Assembly: GCF_964204645.1 (NCBI RefSeq)
Contig: NC_134034.1
Location: 12,908,962 to 12,972,961 of the forward strand
Reading direction: 5' to 3'
DNA from: Tubulanus polymorphus
Lineage: Eukaryota; Animalia; Nemertea
Length of the DNA stretch: 64,000 nucleotides
Position numbers and translations under genes: made by a program. Of the stretch, positions 1 to 14,008 are shown one piece after another. The notes below the pieces were generated by a model. That model was not told where the DNA came from, did not search any database, and saw nothing but the letters and a program-made list of their open reading frames with translations. How positions within the stretch are numbered: the first letter of the stretch is position 1; each line of letters begins with the position of its first letter.

Positions 1-727
1 CGTTTCTTATCTTCCCCTGAAGAAATAGAAAATTAAGAACGAATTCAAACGATGGTCCATAAATTAATAGCAGACCCGATCACCACAGCGACCCAGATTC
101 GAGAAGTTCGAGGGTGCTTTGGTGAGGAATCTTTTTAAAATTTTGGAAAATTGTCATTTTTGCAAATATTATTGTCATATTCAACAGAACTGCCCTTTTC
201 GGCATTCTCTGACCCCCGCCCCTAAAAAATCCAATATCCTAGGTACGGCCATGTCTGGGTTGAGCGCCCCCTGGTGGAACTTACTGTCTAGAAGCCATTG
301 AGGTATTTGAGGTACAACGTGTTGATTGCACCAGTCGTCCTTACAGCAGTGTAAAACGGGCCAGGCTCCGGTGACGTCTTTCGGTATTTTATTCTCGCAC
401 AATAACGGAGTTCGATCGTCGATACATCCTCGTACTATATCTAACCCGATATCGGCGATACTGGCGGCGATACTCTGCGCGTAACACATATACCTGCGCA
501 GAAATTTAAAACTATATTACTCTCAATAGAAATTTATCGATTTCGAAAATTGTCTTATTCGACCGTGAAAATATGTATAGTTGGAGCGAAGTGAAGAATT
601 CAGGAAATGAATTTTGAATCGTAAGGAAATTAATTCTAATACGAACGGATGTTTATTTACCTGCCCTGACACGTTCTTTTCTGTCTCTGTTTGCAAGCTC
701 GTGTTGTACATACGCAATTCACATCTC
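1..727 (-). CDS. Partial gene for a BAMBI-like / TGF-beta-receptor-type three-finger ectodomain protein; exons 727-661, 493-285, 16-<1. The signal-peptide exon was not located and the 3' part lies outside the window
   Basis: GT-AG junctions with matching phases join the peptide (G)DVNCVCTTRACKQRQKRTCQGR|YMCYAQ...VRGCIDDRTPLLCENK...WPVLHCCKDDWCNQHVVPQIPQWLLD|REDKKR. It has the CxC start and the CCxxDxCN cysteine box of the Activin_recp fold. Confidence 0.8.
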
Positions 728-1865
728 CTAGAAAATAAAAACATTCGCCGGTAAGCGAGGTTTCTTCAACATAGGCGGCACTGTCTACCGACTCGGTGGC
801 TATACAATCCCTGGTAAGCGAGGCATAGATGGCGTTGTAGTCGAGAGAGCTGTATAGATTCGTTGTAAATTCCCAATTCCCCAAAATCGGTCGAATAAAT
901 TTGATTTCATCGACCAAATTCAGTGTAAAGATTTGCCGCTAGACGGCAGCAATAGTATCCGCCCGCGGCTAGCAGACGAACGACAGCGGCAGCAGCGGCA
1001 GCAGCAGGCGCCGATCGCGTTTCAAATAATTTCAGTGAGAATTATCTAACAAGATAAGACATGTGATAAGCCGTCTATTTCGTGTAGGGTAAGAGTATAC
1101 TTGAAATGCCAAACTGCCTTACTTTTACTGATCGCCTTCACCTTCATCCAAACGACAGACCCTCAGCACGTGTGGAGAGACCCTGCCCACCTGTCCTTGT
1201 GAAGGGACCCAGTGGACACTAGTGCCCACCCGTCTATGAAGGGGCATCCTGCCCACCTATCTCTTCTGATTTGACGTCGTAAAAACCGTTACAATAATGT
1301 TTATAAACATTGATACCTATAGCATGCGACGGGGTTATGTGTGAGTCGATGTGCACTACGTCATCAATATTGCCGTTTCAAAATAACAATTACAATTGTA
1401 AATTCGGCGTTTATTTTGTTCATAACTTATTTCAATTTAGATAAATTTGGACATTAAACATTGTGATAATCATTTTTGAATATATTTTTTGATTATTTTT
1501 TCGAGGCGTCCCCACAAACTTCCAAGTCAAGTTTAGTCTTCTCATTTTACTCAAGTATTCTGTCCAACATCCTTTCACCGATTTCCAGCAGACTATGAAC
1601 TTCAACCAGATAAAAGCCCCAGGCAAATCCAACAAGCCTACACGAAACCAGGCTCGAGAATTTGAGAGCATATTTGCCGTAGTGAAAGGGGTTTCTACAT
1701 AGTAAAATTACTTTTTAACCGACGAATATTTTTCTCTTCGCAATTTTTTCTCCCTTCCTCCCGAATAGAGAGAGACTATAGTTTGAGTTTGAGTTAGAGT
1801 GGAGCCGGCGTTGAGAGGTAATGACTGATGGTTTGTATACATCGTTAAAACTAACGTTATTTTAA

Positions 1866-2664
1866 AGGCCGAGGAGCAGTATAAAAGCCCAATCAATGTC
1901 AAAGATGGCAGTACCCATGAAGCAATAGTGCAGTGGAGAGCTCCAACGGTTGAAACTGGAAACCTCCTATTTTCTCTGTCAGTTATCCGATTTGGACCCT
2001 CCTTTTTGTCAGACATATGTATTAATGTGTAATATATTCATTTCTGCAGTCAAAAATGTGTTTTAGGCCCTCCTCTACGAGAAATTAAGGTTTTTAGTTG
2101 GTATTTCCTTCAAAATTTGAATCTTTGAATGACATAGAGGGAGGAGTTATCCAGTGAATTAGTGTAGCTCACAGAGCACATTAACAGTAATTTGATACCT
2201 ATAGTCATCAGTATACATAAACAAAACATAGCCTCATTCATAGTACCAAAATTTGGCAACATCAAAACTTTTTCTATGATCAATGGATCAGTCTGAAATT
2301 TCGTACACTTGTTTAGCTATCTACCATCAATGTTGTGTCCAAATTTCATTAAAATCGGATAAAAATTAATGATTTTCAAAAAATTTGAAATGTCTCTAAA
2401 ATCTTTTATCTTGGCCCTATCTCTACAAAAAAAGATCGCTAGCATCAGATTTTCATTCCCACTATGACTAGATTATTTAAAATTAGTTTAGAACTTGATA
2501 TGAAAACTTTTATGAATTTGTCAAATTTAACTGTGTGTGACCTGCTTTTCTGTAGTGAGCCAACCTCGCTCACTCTAAAAATTATAAACAAGATACTGTA
2601 AAAGTGGGACGGCCGATCTCAAGTGTTTGCCACCCGGTTAACTAGCATCCATACTCCTCGGCCT
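1866..2664. mobile_element. Non-autonomous DNA transposon with TTAA target-site duplication (Kolobok-like)
   Basis: TTAA(1862-1865)-AGGCCGAGGAG ... CTCCTCGGCCT-TTAA(2665-2668): an 11-bp terminal inverted repeat plus TTAA TSD, with no internal ORF. Confidence 0.7.
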
Positions 2665-4100
2665 TTAACCCCTGCTTGTTCGTTGTGTATACAAACACTG
2701 CTGGTAACTATTAACTAAACGAGTCGACACAACACACACGCCACTAAACTCTCTCTCCCTCTCTCACTCTCTTCATCTTCTTCTCTTCTCACTGAGAGCC
2801 GTGTTTTTTTTTTCTGTAGCTACAGTCGGAGAAAAGTTGTACAACAACAACTTAACGTTTGTACCCAGATGTACGAACACATCCGTGTAAGACGCTCACT
2901 ATACACCTAAACGACTGAATTGATGGAAATTGAGTTTTTCTCCTCTCTCTCTCTCAGTCTACAGGGACAATACTACAGCTTAACAAACTTTTACTTATAG
3001 ACTTCTGTGTTGCCCGAGTGTCATAGCTGACTATAGTTCCGAAGTGATGGCTAATATTTAAGACCAGTGCAAGACGATCGGTCCCTTATAGTTATATTGC
3101 CAATCGAACGAGAACCCGGTCTGAAGAGCAATTTTGTCATGACTATGCGTAACTGGTCAGTGTATGGTGCCCGGTCCAGCGCAGCCCTTTGAAGTATATT
3201 TAACGAGGGCTTGACGACTCTCCCTCAGGCTTCCTTTCCCGCTCACTGTTCCGAAGAGAATTCAAACGCGTAACACCGGTATCTCTCGCGTGAGCTGAGG
3301 TAAGATATATATATATATACACGTAATTATTTACTAAATACAAAATTGTGACGTGAAAGAATGATGCTTCTTTACCAGGGTGGTCATCAGCGAACTCGGT
3401 GAAGTTTCGGGGAAAGGGGGTGTTAACGTGGGGGGGGGGGGAGGGGGTGTTAACGAGATGGGTCGGTTCGGAGATGTACTGCGGAGGTACTTTGTTTTCA
3501 TACTTATGAAAACAAATGTCAGGTGTCGATGCGTTAAAGCGGCATATACATATATAACAACCCATTTAGGAAGATCTAGTTAACAAACTGAAACATGTGA
3601 TGCCTGACAGACTGCAGAAAGCGCGAGCGAGCGAGAGAGAGCTGATTACTTAGAGTGAATCCGTGTGGTATCCGTGTCAGCCATTTCGGTGCCAGTTGCG
3701 CTTTAAAAGCTTCGTAGACAGTTGGTCCAGACTTTTATCTGGTTTACAATCGTCGAAATGGTTGTTCCGATGTTGTGAGTGTTTATTGTTTAAGAGAGGT
3801 AATAATTGACATAGAATACCCCGCGCTGCTTATACTAACAGTTGTTATTAGACAATAGAAAGAGGCGTAGTTTATTGAAACATTTCCAATATCTCTCTCC
3901 GACCACCTTTAAGATAGTTGTGGTGCTTCCCGGCGCTCTCCTATAGATCGCGGATCTACAAGAAGAAAGTTCTGTCATTGTGCCAGGTCGGGGGGTTCAA
4001 GGCCCAGCTCTTTAGCAAAAAGAAAGCTTACTGAAAACCTGTACATGTATTACAATAAGCAAGAAAAGATAACTCGAGCAAGAAAAATCTACGAAATGAC

Positions 4101-4158
4101 CCTAATCGGGACTCGAACCCGGGATCTGTCAACCGAACGTGCTAACCACTAGACCATT
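4101..4158 (-). mobile_element. tRNA-derived SINE head fragment
   Basis: The minus strand reads TGGTCTAGTGGTTAG (A box) ... GGGTTCGAGTCCC (B box). Related degenerate copies occur at ~25380-25437, ~25590-25647 and ~28805. No complete cloverleaf. Confidence 0.55.
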
Positions 4159-7100
4159 ATGACTGGCGTTGTCTGGTAAGTGTCGTTTGGTGACTGGTAA
4201 CAAAAGCATGTCCAAGATCGCCAGGAGCTTTCAAGGGCCTTGGCTTTGATTTGGCACCCCTATGAATGGGAGAGACTTCTCCATGACTCTACAGGCCAGT
4301 AGAATCGTCGTGGCCCATTCCGCCGCGACCGGCTACTGACCTGAATAACTTTGTGTGTGACACTAATGCGATTTCTTTTCAAAAACAAACATCTTAATAA
4401 AAGCATCATCGAAGGTTTGTTTTAAAAATAAATATTTGATCAACACAAAAATGTGCATTATCGCGACCCTTTGAATCAATAAAACTTATAATCAGGTCGG
4501 CGGTGACCTAGAAACGTCACAACAGACTGCCCGCATTTATAGATAAAAAATGAATTAATTTACAATTATCAGTCAACAGATATCTACATTGTCAATATTG
4601 ATTTACTCGTAACCTATGATTGTATGAAACCAGTTTAAATATCAAAGATCTGAGGAGCGAGACTCGTCTCCGCTATCTTCCACCCCTCCATCCCCTCTGA
4701 ACAATGATCTTTCTAACTGTTGTTCCTTTGCAAGTCGAAACGTGAGTGTTTTATCAGCCTAGACATATTTCAAAAATAGGCGATTTTCAGAATTGAGGAG
4801 AGAGAATGAGATGAGAGAGTCTCGGAAGTGGAGCCCAGCGGGAGCTTGTTTTTCTCTAGATTACTGTTTCTTTTTTGTTTTTAAATAAACACTGAAACTG
4901 AGACCAGATGGTGTAGCGGTGAAAATAACCCGTCTAGCTTTCTGTTCTGAAGAGCTCGTTAGCTATAGATGCAGTCTCCCTACGCACCGCCAGCCGCCGC
5001 CAACCCCTCCAAGATCCTTAACAGTTCTAAACAGCCACAAACAACTTCAATCGTGGAAAACCTTTTTCTTGATCAAAGGTTTGTAGCCTAGCAGCAGCGT
5101 AATATTGTTGCGAGGATGGAGAGAACGGATATGATTAAAACACGGATATGAACTTGTCGCCGTTGAGTCCTGTGAGATTCAGAGGCGATGATAAATATAC
5201 CGTGTATTTATTCCTGTCGTCAGCGGCGGCGGCGGCGGCGGCAGACAGCAGGAGGGGGTTTATAATCGATTAAACGGTGCGGCAGAGTAGTGTCTCCAGA
5301 CTCCACAGTAGACGGAGGGACCAGTGGGATTACACGGTTCCTTCACGTACCACGGAAATGGTTGGAGAGTAATAAAATGATCTTATCTTATCTTATCTTA
5401 GGCGCCTTTGAGGTATCGATCAGTGATCATAAGTATCGCCCCCCTAGTCTAATAATCGGACCACCCTAGAAATATGGCTACCTCCATAAAGCACCCTATG
5501 ACATCACACACAGTCGCCGTGCTTCATGTTGACTCCAGTCAGTCAGCGATGGACTGATCATTCTGTATACCTATTGCTGACTCATGTGACATGGTATGAG
5601 ATTTTCTGATTAGATTTTCGAATTAAACCGTCGTCATTATCTGGTATTATATTATCGGCGGTCGTTAATAAGCAGCGCCGGAGCTGCGCAGACGATCCCG
5701 GTATTAAACGATCGATTTGGATGTCGCGTCTTGACGCCAGTCTCCGTGTTACCTGGCGCCATTCACATGACGTCACAAACGTGATACAAACCGTCACGCA
5801 TCGATTCAATGGATTAAAGTATCATTAGCTAGTGGAAGGGGGGGGGTGAGGGAGTTGGTCGATACCTGAGTTATACTCGATCCCATCTCCTTGAGGCTGG
5901 CCACCCTTCCTATCTAGGGCTCCAGCTGTAGACCACCCCTTTATTATCCGGGCCTCGAGGATTAAAAACCGGGGCCCAGGCAGTATCTGACAAGTTAGTT
6001 AAAATATCCGGCGGATAAATAAAACAACGAACTTTTAATTGTCGCTATGTTGACAACCAACTTTTGAGCAACTGCAGCGCCCCCTGATAAGATAAAAATC
6101 GGATTTTGCTCCTCAACAATGAAAGATTTATCACCACAGCAACTAAACAATCCCTACCGCCAACCGGAAGTAGGGAATTAGTAAATTGTTTGTGACAATA
6201 TAAGCGACATGAATGCGCACGCAGTGATGATAATGATTTATTTAGAATCACGTGATTATTGATGATGCTGGTTTATCATTATTATATCGCTGATAAATTG
6301 ATAATCAGCGGTGATCAGGAGCGTGCGGACTGAGTGTCGCCTGCAGGCTGTCTTACCGGACTCTCCGCCGCCGCCGCCGCCTGCTCGCTGTCGCCGGTAA
6401 ATCTAGTCTCGTGTGTAATCAATAATGATAGCAAACTGTCAGTCAGTTAGTCAGTTAGCCAATTTAGTCATTTATATCAATGACGCCTATAATCATAAAA
6501 CTAATGATATAATAAACATATACAATCAACTGCCAGAGACATAGAGCGGGAGAGAGAGAGAGAGACACGGAGAGGTAGGGTCAAGAAGAGAGAGTAGAGG
6601 GAGAGAGAGAGAGTGGGAAAGAGTGGAGATTCGGCAAGAAAGGAGATGGAGAGTGGGAGACAGAGACATGGACAGATAGCAAGATAAAAACCCACTATAT
6701 ACACTCAGATTAAAACGTTTAAAATCAAGAATTTATTCAATCAAAAAAATAAAAAGACGACGTTTTGAATTGAATAAATTCTTCTTGTTTCTAAAACGCT
6801 TAGATCTGTATATGTTGTTTTCTATGTTTCAGTATGCGAACTAATCGAACGACGGGGACAGGGGGAGTTTTTATTAAGTCAATTTTCTCTGTCAAACTAA
6901 CGCTGAGCTGTAGTTTACAGTAACATACTTATATACCTTTTAAACCTGATAAACCTGATCACGTGGGGTCTACAAGGCTGAAGGATAAGCCAATCAGTAT
7001 GCGTCTTCCTGTATAATTGTTCTTCCCATTCACCACTCCCATAAACATATTCATATATTTTCTTGATGTTTATTCCTGGGTATACCGTTCCCCTCAGGGG

Positions 7101-8039
7101 CAGCCATTTTGGCTTCCAGTATATCCAGCCATATATATTGTACAAATATTGTTGAAATAATGATTCCTTGTTGTAGATGTGGCAAATAGATATATTCTAT
7201 TCTATTATGTACACTAAGATGTAGGGTGGAGAACTTTTTCGTCATTTTGACGTTAGTTTTGTGCGGGTCATATTTCATAAGGACTGCGGGTATTTATCAG
7301 TAAAATCAAACGGACAAAGGGCAGACAGACAGACAGATAGACAGACAGACAGACGTTTCATTCCGCCGCTATATTTTTAGATATATTTCAATATAGATCG
7401 GATTAACAGATACGAAACCTGTTTATTGTGATTAATACCGGGACCATTATCCGTAATCGTGCTATTTTACGGTTAAGAGGCGACCGTACGGCTCCGAGAT
7501 GTCTCCACAATCAGAGATAGGCATCGCTTCACTATTGTCCTCATCCAACGCGATCAAATCCCGATCAAATTACACGAGAAAATGTGGCGCCAGTTAACGA
7601 TTCTAATCCCGACACGAATATAGCTCGGTATTCGGGAACCGTCAACGGAGTCACGAAATATGCGAGTTCAATGAAAATTGACTCGAATCGAAAATTGTGA
7701 AGTAATTTTCCGAACAATTTTCAACAATTTCTGCCCGGAAACTAACAATTTGTAATCGTAGCATGATAAAAATCTAACACGAATCCATTGTCATCCATTG
7801 TTGCATTTTTTAACACTTTCCTACCTCGTCAAAACTACTAGGAGGTATCTGCTCCTCGTCCGACGACCTCCCTCTACTAAACCTCCACACGGCTCCTCGA
7901 TGTCTGCACCGATATGTTCGCGTGATTACTAAACATTTGTCATTTTTATGCACAGATGTTTCGCTCTCGTTCGCGCTGAGTTCGAATCGTGTGTGTGTGA
8001 CTACCATATTGAATCCGACATATATACATAAACCCTACA

Positions 8040-8150
8040 GGACCCGGTTCCACGGTTTGAGTTTGGATTTGACTCTGAGTTAAACGCTGAAAATGAACTG
8101 GTTCTAACTCAAAGAGTTGACTCTTACTGACAACACTGTGGAACTGGGTC
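8040..8150. mobile_element. MITE, family A
   Basis: TIRs GGACCCGGTTCCACGGT / ACTGTGGAACTGGGTCC. The same terminal motif recurs at ~14290-14380, 27595-27735 and 55480-55840. Confidence 0.6.
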
Positions 8151-8152
8151 CA

Positions 8153-8297
8153 GGGGCTGGTTGCATAGTCAGCCTAGGCTTAGATTTAAGACCAGTCTGA
8201 GACCAACTTAGTTCTATAGCCGATCTAACAACTTAAGACCAGTCTTTAAGATTTAAGGCCACTTTTGGACTTAAGTCACGACGGTGCAACTGGCCCC
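8153..8297. mobile_element. MITE, family B
   Basis: TIRs GGGGCTGGTTGCATAGTC / GACGGTGCAACTGGCCCC. Further copies at ~28395-28532 and ~28600-28718. Confidence 0.65.
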
Positions 8298-8921
8298 AGG
8301 AGTCTTACACCGATCGTGGTCAGTCAGAGAACTGGGAGCTTGATAGACCCAACTTTCTTCTAATTAGGATCATCTCTTTCTACCCTCAGAATTCATAGAG
8401 AAGCTGAACACTTCATTGCGACCTTGCTAGCTCTGACCCCATGGAAGGTAGAACCTCTTCTCTCTCACATGATACCCGGCCCACCCTTCTACCCCAATAA
8501 CAGGGAGGCTCGCCACTTCCCCGTCCAAACTTCCCTCTGATTGTTGTGACCACCGTGTACCCTCCAGTTGGGTCTACCCCATACACGGATCAGAGAGGCT
8601 CCAGCTTATCTGGACAAGGCCCAACTTCCTCGTGATTGGGGTATCTAACCCCTACATTTGGGTCTACCTCGAAGACAGATCAGGGATGCTCCAACTTCTC
8701 TGGGCAAGGCCTAACTTACTTCTGATTGGGCGACCTTCCGTGTAGTCTCCAGTTGGGTCGGCCCATACACATGCTTCAAATTCTCTGGGGCAAGTCCCAA
8801 CTACGTTCTGATTAGGGTGACTAACCCAACCGACCGTGTACCTCTATCTAGCTCAGGTGGAGTGGTCTGACTCCCACAGAAGTAAGCAAGGATCGAGATT
8901 CCTATTCGCTCAAGTTTCTCT

Positions 8922-8962
<41 letters not shown>

Positions 8963-9253
8963 CCTGGGGTAATTAACCCTAGCATTTAAACATGCGGTAC
9001 ACACATACTGATGAAGTTATCTTCGAACGTATTTCCAACAGACTACACCACGTGTTAGTTTACAACCAGAGCAGAGGAGGATGGAGATGAGACGATGATG
9101 GATGCATTGTAGTATCCGCAGCATCCGTTTCATCTTTATATTCTCTGTCAGTTAAACATTCGTTACATCAACTAACGATGTTTATAACGATTAGATTTGA
9201 GTCTCGGGGGGAAGCGATCGCTTGTTACATTGTCAACTCGATACCTTATCAGT

Positions 9254-9545
9254 CAGTCCCCTGGAGGCTCTCGGCGTACTGCACCCTACCTGTCAGTCCC
9301 CTGGAGGCTCTCGGCGTACTGCACCCTACCTGTCAGTCCCCTGGAGGCTCTCGGGGTACTGCGCCCTACCTGTCAGTCCCCTGGGGTACTGCACCCTACC
9401 GGCCAGTCCCCTGGAGGCCCTGGGGGTACTGCGCCCTACCTGTCAGTCCCCTGGAGGCCCTGGGGGGTACTGCGCCCTACCTGTCAGTCCCCTTGAGGCC
9501 CCGGGGACACTGCACCCTATCAGTCAGCCCTTGGAATCCCTGTAG
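9254..9545. repeat. Minisatellite, ~40-bp unit (CAGTCCCCTGGAGGCTCTCGGCGTACTGCACCCTACCTGT)
   Basis: About 7 imperfect direct copies. It accounts for three overlapping spurious ORFs. Confidence 0.95.
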
Positions 9546-9974
9546 TACTATTCGCAACGAGTCAGTACCCTAGAGGCTCTGGGGGTACGGTACCCTCAGA
9601 CAGTGGTGCCGACCCAGTGACTTCCCCCTATTACGTAAAGGTACTTCCGGTGTTTGTTCGGCTTTGTGAAAAGGTATTTTTGACCCCGATTTTAATATAA
9701 TATGTAGTTATATTTACCGACAGACATTAAGACCCTCTTGACACGAATACATCGGCACCAAACCCAACAACAGTAAGGCTTACTACATGCATATATATAG
9801 CAACATAAGAGTATACCGGCCGGGATTAGAATCCACTTAAAGCCTATTAACAATTAGTTAACTTCCAGAAAACTTCACCTCACTCTCACAGTATCAATTT
9901 CAGTAATAAGTCTTAAATTTGGAGTAATTCGCTAAGGGTTGGTTCGATCGGGTCTGGAGGTATTCTTACTGGTG

Positions 9975-10314
9975 TTGGGCCGGTAGGTTTGTAGAGATTC
10001 TCGCTAGGGGTTGGGCCGGTCAGGTCTGGGGTGATTCTCGCTCGGGGTTGGGTCGGTCAGGTCTGGGGTGATTCTCGCTCGGGGTTGGGCCGGTCAGGTC
10101 TGGGGTGATTCTCGCTAGGGGTTGGGCCGGTCAGGTCTGGGGTGATTCTCGCTCGGGGTTGGGCCGGTAGGTTTGTAGAGATTCTCGCTAGGGGTTGGGT
10201 CGGTCAGGTCTGGGGTGATTCTCGCTCGGGGTTGGGCCGGTCAGGTCTGGGGTGATTCTCGCTAGGGGTTGGGCCGGTCAGGTCTGGGGTGATTCTCGCT
10301 CGGGGTTGGGTCGG
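9975..10314. repeat. G-rich minisatellite, 37-bp unit (GGGGTTGGGCCGGTCAGGTCTGGGGTGATTCTCGCTC)
   Basis: About 9 direct copies. Confidence 0.95.
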
Positions 10315-11498
10315 TGTACAGAATCTATATCAGGCCTTTTTGTATAATAACCAACCAGAATTTGCTCTCAGCGCGAAGAGCTCGGTTACAGAATCAAGTG
10401 TCTTGTTATTGATTCAGCACCGTATGAAGTGTTCTTCTCTGAACTCGACTGAGCACAAAAACCCTTCAAAACATCTTCTCCAAAACGCGCTCGGATCCGT
10501 TCCCATTGTACGGCATTAGGCCTAAATAGTTATTGTACACGGACGAAGCTCGTATTGTGTCGATCCGGGTGTAATTTGTTATTCAAGGGGGCATTTTCTA
10601 AAACTCTTATGTCAGCCTACACTGTTAACAACCCTCTTAACTTCTTGTAAACCTCACAATAAGATATGTTTTATCCAAACACGACCGCGACGAGAATTAA
10701 ATGATTTTCTCCTTTTTTTGTGTGTTGGCGTATATTTGAGAACCCGAGATTTAGCGACTTAGCGCATGTATATTTCACGAGAAATCCGCATTGTAATATC
10801 TGGCCGTGGGTTTTATATAAAACGAGTATTTAATGGGCGCCAGACAAGAAGTTAAATACTCGAAGTCTTCAAGTAATGTGGGTATAATAGGTTTGTAAAC
10901 ATAAGAGCTGTCTAAACCTCTTGACTGCGTGAATAGTCAAAGAGACCAACCCCCTTACACACAATCAGTCTCTTTCTCTCTATACATGCCAAATATACAA
11001 ACAGTTTTCTGCGCTCCCCGGAATATTGACTTAGCAAAATAGTAAAAATCAATCTAGAATTCATTTGGATGCGTTTTGACGAGGAAATTTCTAGAAAAAA
11101 ACCTATAAAAGATCCTTACTTTACTTTTCGACTTAGAATTTTTTGGTGATTTCATTGGGAATTGTGCTAGGTAACTTATTTTCAAATGTTGTATACAATT
11201 TGTATATAAAACAAATTCATTTGATTCAATTTCGATTGTAATTTCTCTGAAAGTCTTAGATTTACGAGGGGGCAGTAACTGTTCGTATAGTGCCCCTGCT
11301 TGGTCATAGATAGTTTTAAGGCATAGGACCCCTATTTTTGGCAGCTGACTTACATTTGTTTTGGTACCCATGCCATGTACACAAGCAGTGAGGACTGGTA
11401 CTCAATGGGTACAGCTTTCTACATCACTTCCCTGATTGCACAAACCATTTTAATGTCAATGTTTTTGTTTTTGAAATAGAGTTATATACAAGACGTAA

Positions 11499-12310
11499 AG
11501 AGAGGAGAGAGGAGAGAGGAGAGAGGAGAGAGGAGAGAGGAGAGAGGAGAGAGGAGAGAGGAGAGAGGAGAGAGGAGAGGAGAGAGGAGAGAGGAGGGAG
11601 GAGGGAGGAGGGAGGAGGGAGGAGGGAGGAGGGAGGAGGGAGGAGGGAGGAGAGAGGAGAGAGGAGAGAGGAGAGAGGAGAGAGGAGAGAGGAGAGAGGA
11701 GAGAGGAGAGAGGAGAGAGGAGAGAGGAGAGAGGAGAGAGGAGAGAGGAGAGAGGAGAGAGGAGAGAGGAGAGAGGAGAGAGGAGAGAGGAGAGAGGAGA
11801 GAGGAGAGGGAGAGTAGTAGTGATGAGAGGGAGAGGGAGAGGGAGAGAGGGAGAGAGAGAGGGAGATATAGAGAGGGAGATATAGAGAGGGAGAGGGAGA
11901 GGGAGAGGGAGAGGGAGAGGGAAAGAGGGAACGAGAGAGAGTGAAAGAGAGAAGGAGTAAGAGAGAGAGGAGAGAGGGAGAGAGAAGGAGAAAGAGAGAG
12001 AGGAGAGAGAAGGAGAAAGAGAGAGAGGAGAGAGGGAGAGAGGAGAGAGGGAGAGAGAAAGAGCAAGAGAGAGAGGAGAGAGGAGAGGGAGAGTAGTAGT
12101 GATGAGAGGGAGAGGGAGAGGGAGAGAGGGAGAGAGAGAGGGAGATATAGAGAGGGAGATATAGAGAGGGAGAGGGAGAGGGAGAGGGAGAGGGAAAGAG
12201 GGAACGAAAGAGAGAGAGAGTGAAAGAGAGAGGGAGAGAGAAGGAGTAAGAGAGAGAGGAGAGAGGGAGAGAGAAGGAGAAAGAGAGAGGGGAGGGAGGG
12301 AGAGAGAAGA
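11499..12310. repeat. Polypurine microsatellite (GGAGA)n / (GA)n
   Basis: About 800 bp of almost pure G/A. It is the source of the S/L/P-rich minus-strand ORFs. Confidence 0.98.
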
Positions 12311-13992
12311 TAAAGTGGTTGAATTCCACACCTGCAGTGTAGTATATAACCAACATGTTGTCCAGTTCTTCCCCCGCCCCGGTAATCTATCAGTAATCAG
12401 TATAATACATCGGCTCTGGATTAACTTTACACTTACCTTGCACATGATCAGTTTCCATCAGTAACAGTATAACTCCGTAAATACACATTAAAATCGTATT
12501 GTAGCGCGATAATGACGTCATTATTGTTTCTGCGACGCTCAAACGGCTGCTAATGTCGTAAATTCACGAATTGTTTGTAACATTTTCGTTGTTGTTTGTA
12601 TCAGTTTTCGAACTGATGCGATATCGACGTCCATCGCACCGTGAACGCTAACACTAACTCTCTCTCTCTCTACCCTCTCTCTCTCTCCGCCTGCCTGGTG
12701 GTGCTGGTGGCACAACCAGTATAATATAGCGTATTCCTAAGTCGATTAAGTTACTGATAAGTTTTTCTAATCGCTGATTGGCCAGTCCGTTCGCTAGCTC
12801 TTTTAGAGCGATCCCTTTGTAAAAACGGGTTCTCCCTCCCTCTCTCCCTCTCTTTCTCCCTCTCTTTCGCCGAAGGTAGTAATTACCTATAGTTCTCTTC
12901 ATTCACGCAGACGACAGGCTTTTAAAGAATAGTTCCTCTCTCTCTCTAAAACCAGTCGCGGGTCGCGGTCATAAACGGCTCAGGCAAACGTAAAATTGGT
13001 TTACTTTTCTGTACAGCGAGAACGCGGTTTTGCATAGAGAGTATTTTTTTTAAAAATAAAATCGTCTACAATAGTCACAAGTGGCGTTTTACATCATATC
13101 AATGCTATAAGAGTTTTCTATAACGGTTCTGGTTCTATGTTCTATGAGTGAATATGGTTCAATATTATCTACATGTAAATATACGTAACTCTAGTTAAAA
13201 ATAAACCGATTGAAAACCGGGAGATATTCTAATGATAATGATGATAATGATATCGATAATACTGATGATAATAGCAATGATGATAATTATTAAAGTGTAT
13301 TTGCTTAAATAGCGCGACCATACGAAAACATTATCATTTCACTTTACATAAGCCTAAAGTATTTAAGTTGACATTAGCAGGGTAAAACAATTAAGACCTG
13401 TAAAATGTTTTGAAATAAAAGGTTTTTAAACATGATTTAAAAGATGAATATTGTTTGCTCGATTAGTGCAACTGTATAAAAACATAATTGTTCTTTTGCA
13501 TTAGACTCAAACATTTAAACAGAGTAAAACAATTTAGTGAACAATTCTTTTTGAAATAAAAGATTATTTATTTATTCTCAGTGCTGTTTAGATTTTCTAT
13601 ATTTTCGAAATAGAATTTCATTTTAGTTTTTTTTTTCTAGCTAGATTATTTTAAGCCGATACGATCGTACACGTATAGGCCGGCCTTAGACGACTTTTTC
13701 TTAAGCTTCAGTAACTCGGCGAATCGGCAAAACTTTGCGAAACAAAGAACATTTCTACCGTTATTAAACCTGATATTGGCTGGTAAAACTTCCTGCAGAC
13801 GATCTCTACAAGTTTGGCCGCTTTGAACTACCCTAAAGTACACGAATAGCTAAAGTCACACGAATAAATTTAATTCTTGGCCTGAAAAGATTTCATAAAT
13901 AATTACCTAGTTGTCATGACGACTGATAGTATATTATTGTGCGAGGGGACAGTAGTGTTGGGTTTCCCTAATTTGCGGGAGCTGGAATCAAA

Positions 13993-14008
13993 CAGACAGC
14001 CAGTCGCC
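13993..14008 (-). promoter_or_regulatory. Candidate BMP-Smad response element GRCGNC(N5)GTCTG
   Basis: The minus strand reads GGCGAC-TGGCT-GTCTG, with the exact 5-nt spacing. It lies in the intergenic region between the two BAMBI-type genes. Confidence 0.4.

Noticed and set aside
728-917. 5' part of ORF 657..917 as coding
   Set aside because: It starts at TTG and has no signal peptide. A good acceptor (TTTTCTAG) at 728 marks the real exon start.
1831-2696. Inverted shared motif CTCCTCGGCCTTTAA as a duplicated bidirectional promoter element
   Set aside because: Better explained as the TIR + TTAA TSD of a DNA transposon (1866-2664).
4101-4158. Functional tRNA gene
   Set aside because: A and B boxes are present but the anticodon arm and acceptor stem are incomplete, and several decayed copies exist; treated as SINE-derived.
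8160-8170. TTGCATAGTC as miR-153 (likewise TGGAATGT at 14764 as miR-1)
   Set aside because: Only seed-length matches. The first belongs to a MITE TIR, and no precursor hairpin with a full mature sequence was seen.
9178-10314. Regular 37-40-bp repeats as a CRISPR-like array or repeat proteins
   Set aside because: Head-to-tail units with no unique spacers, in a eukaryotic context with no cas genes. The ORFs are artefacts of the repeats.
11424-12445. Long S/L/P-rich ORFs (also 41511-42097, 50875-51289, 59890-60578 and the IY runs at 29543-30124)
   Set aside because: Translations of microsatellites that lack stop codons.
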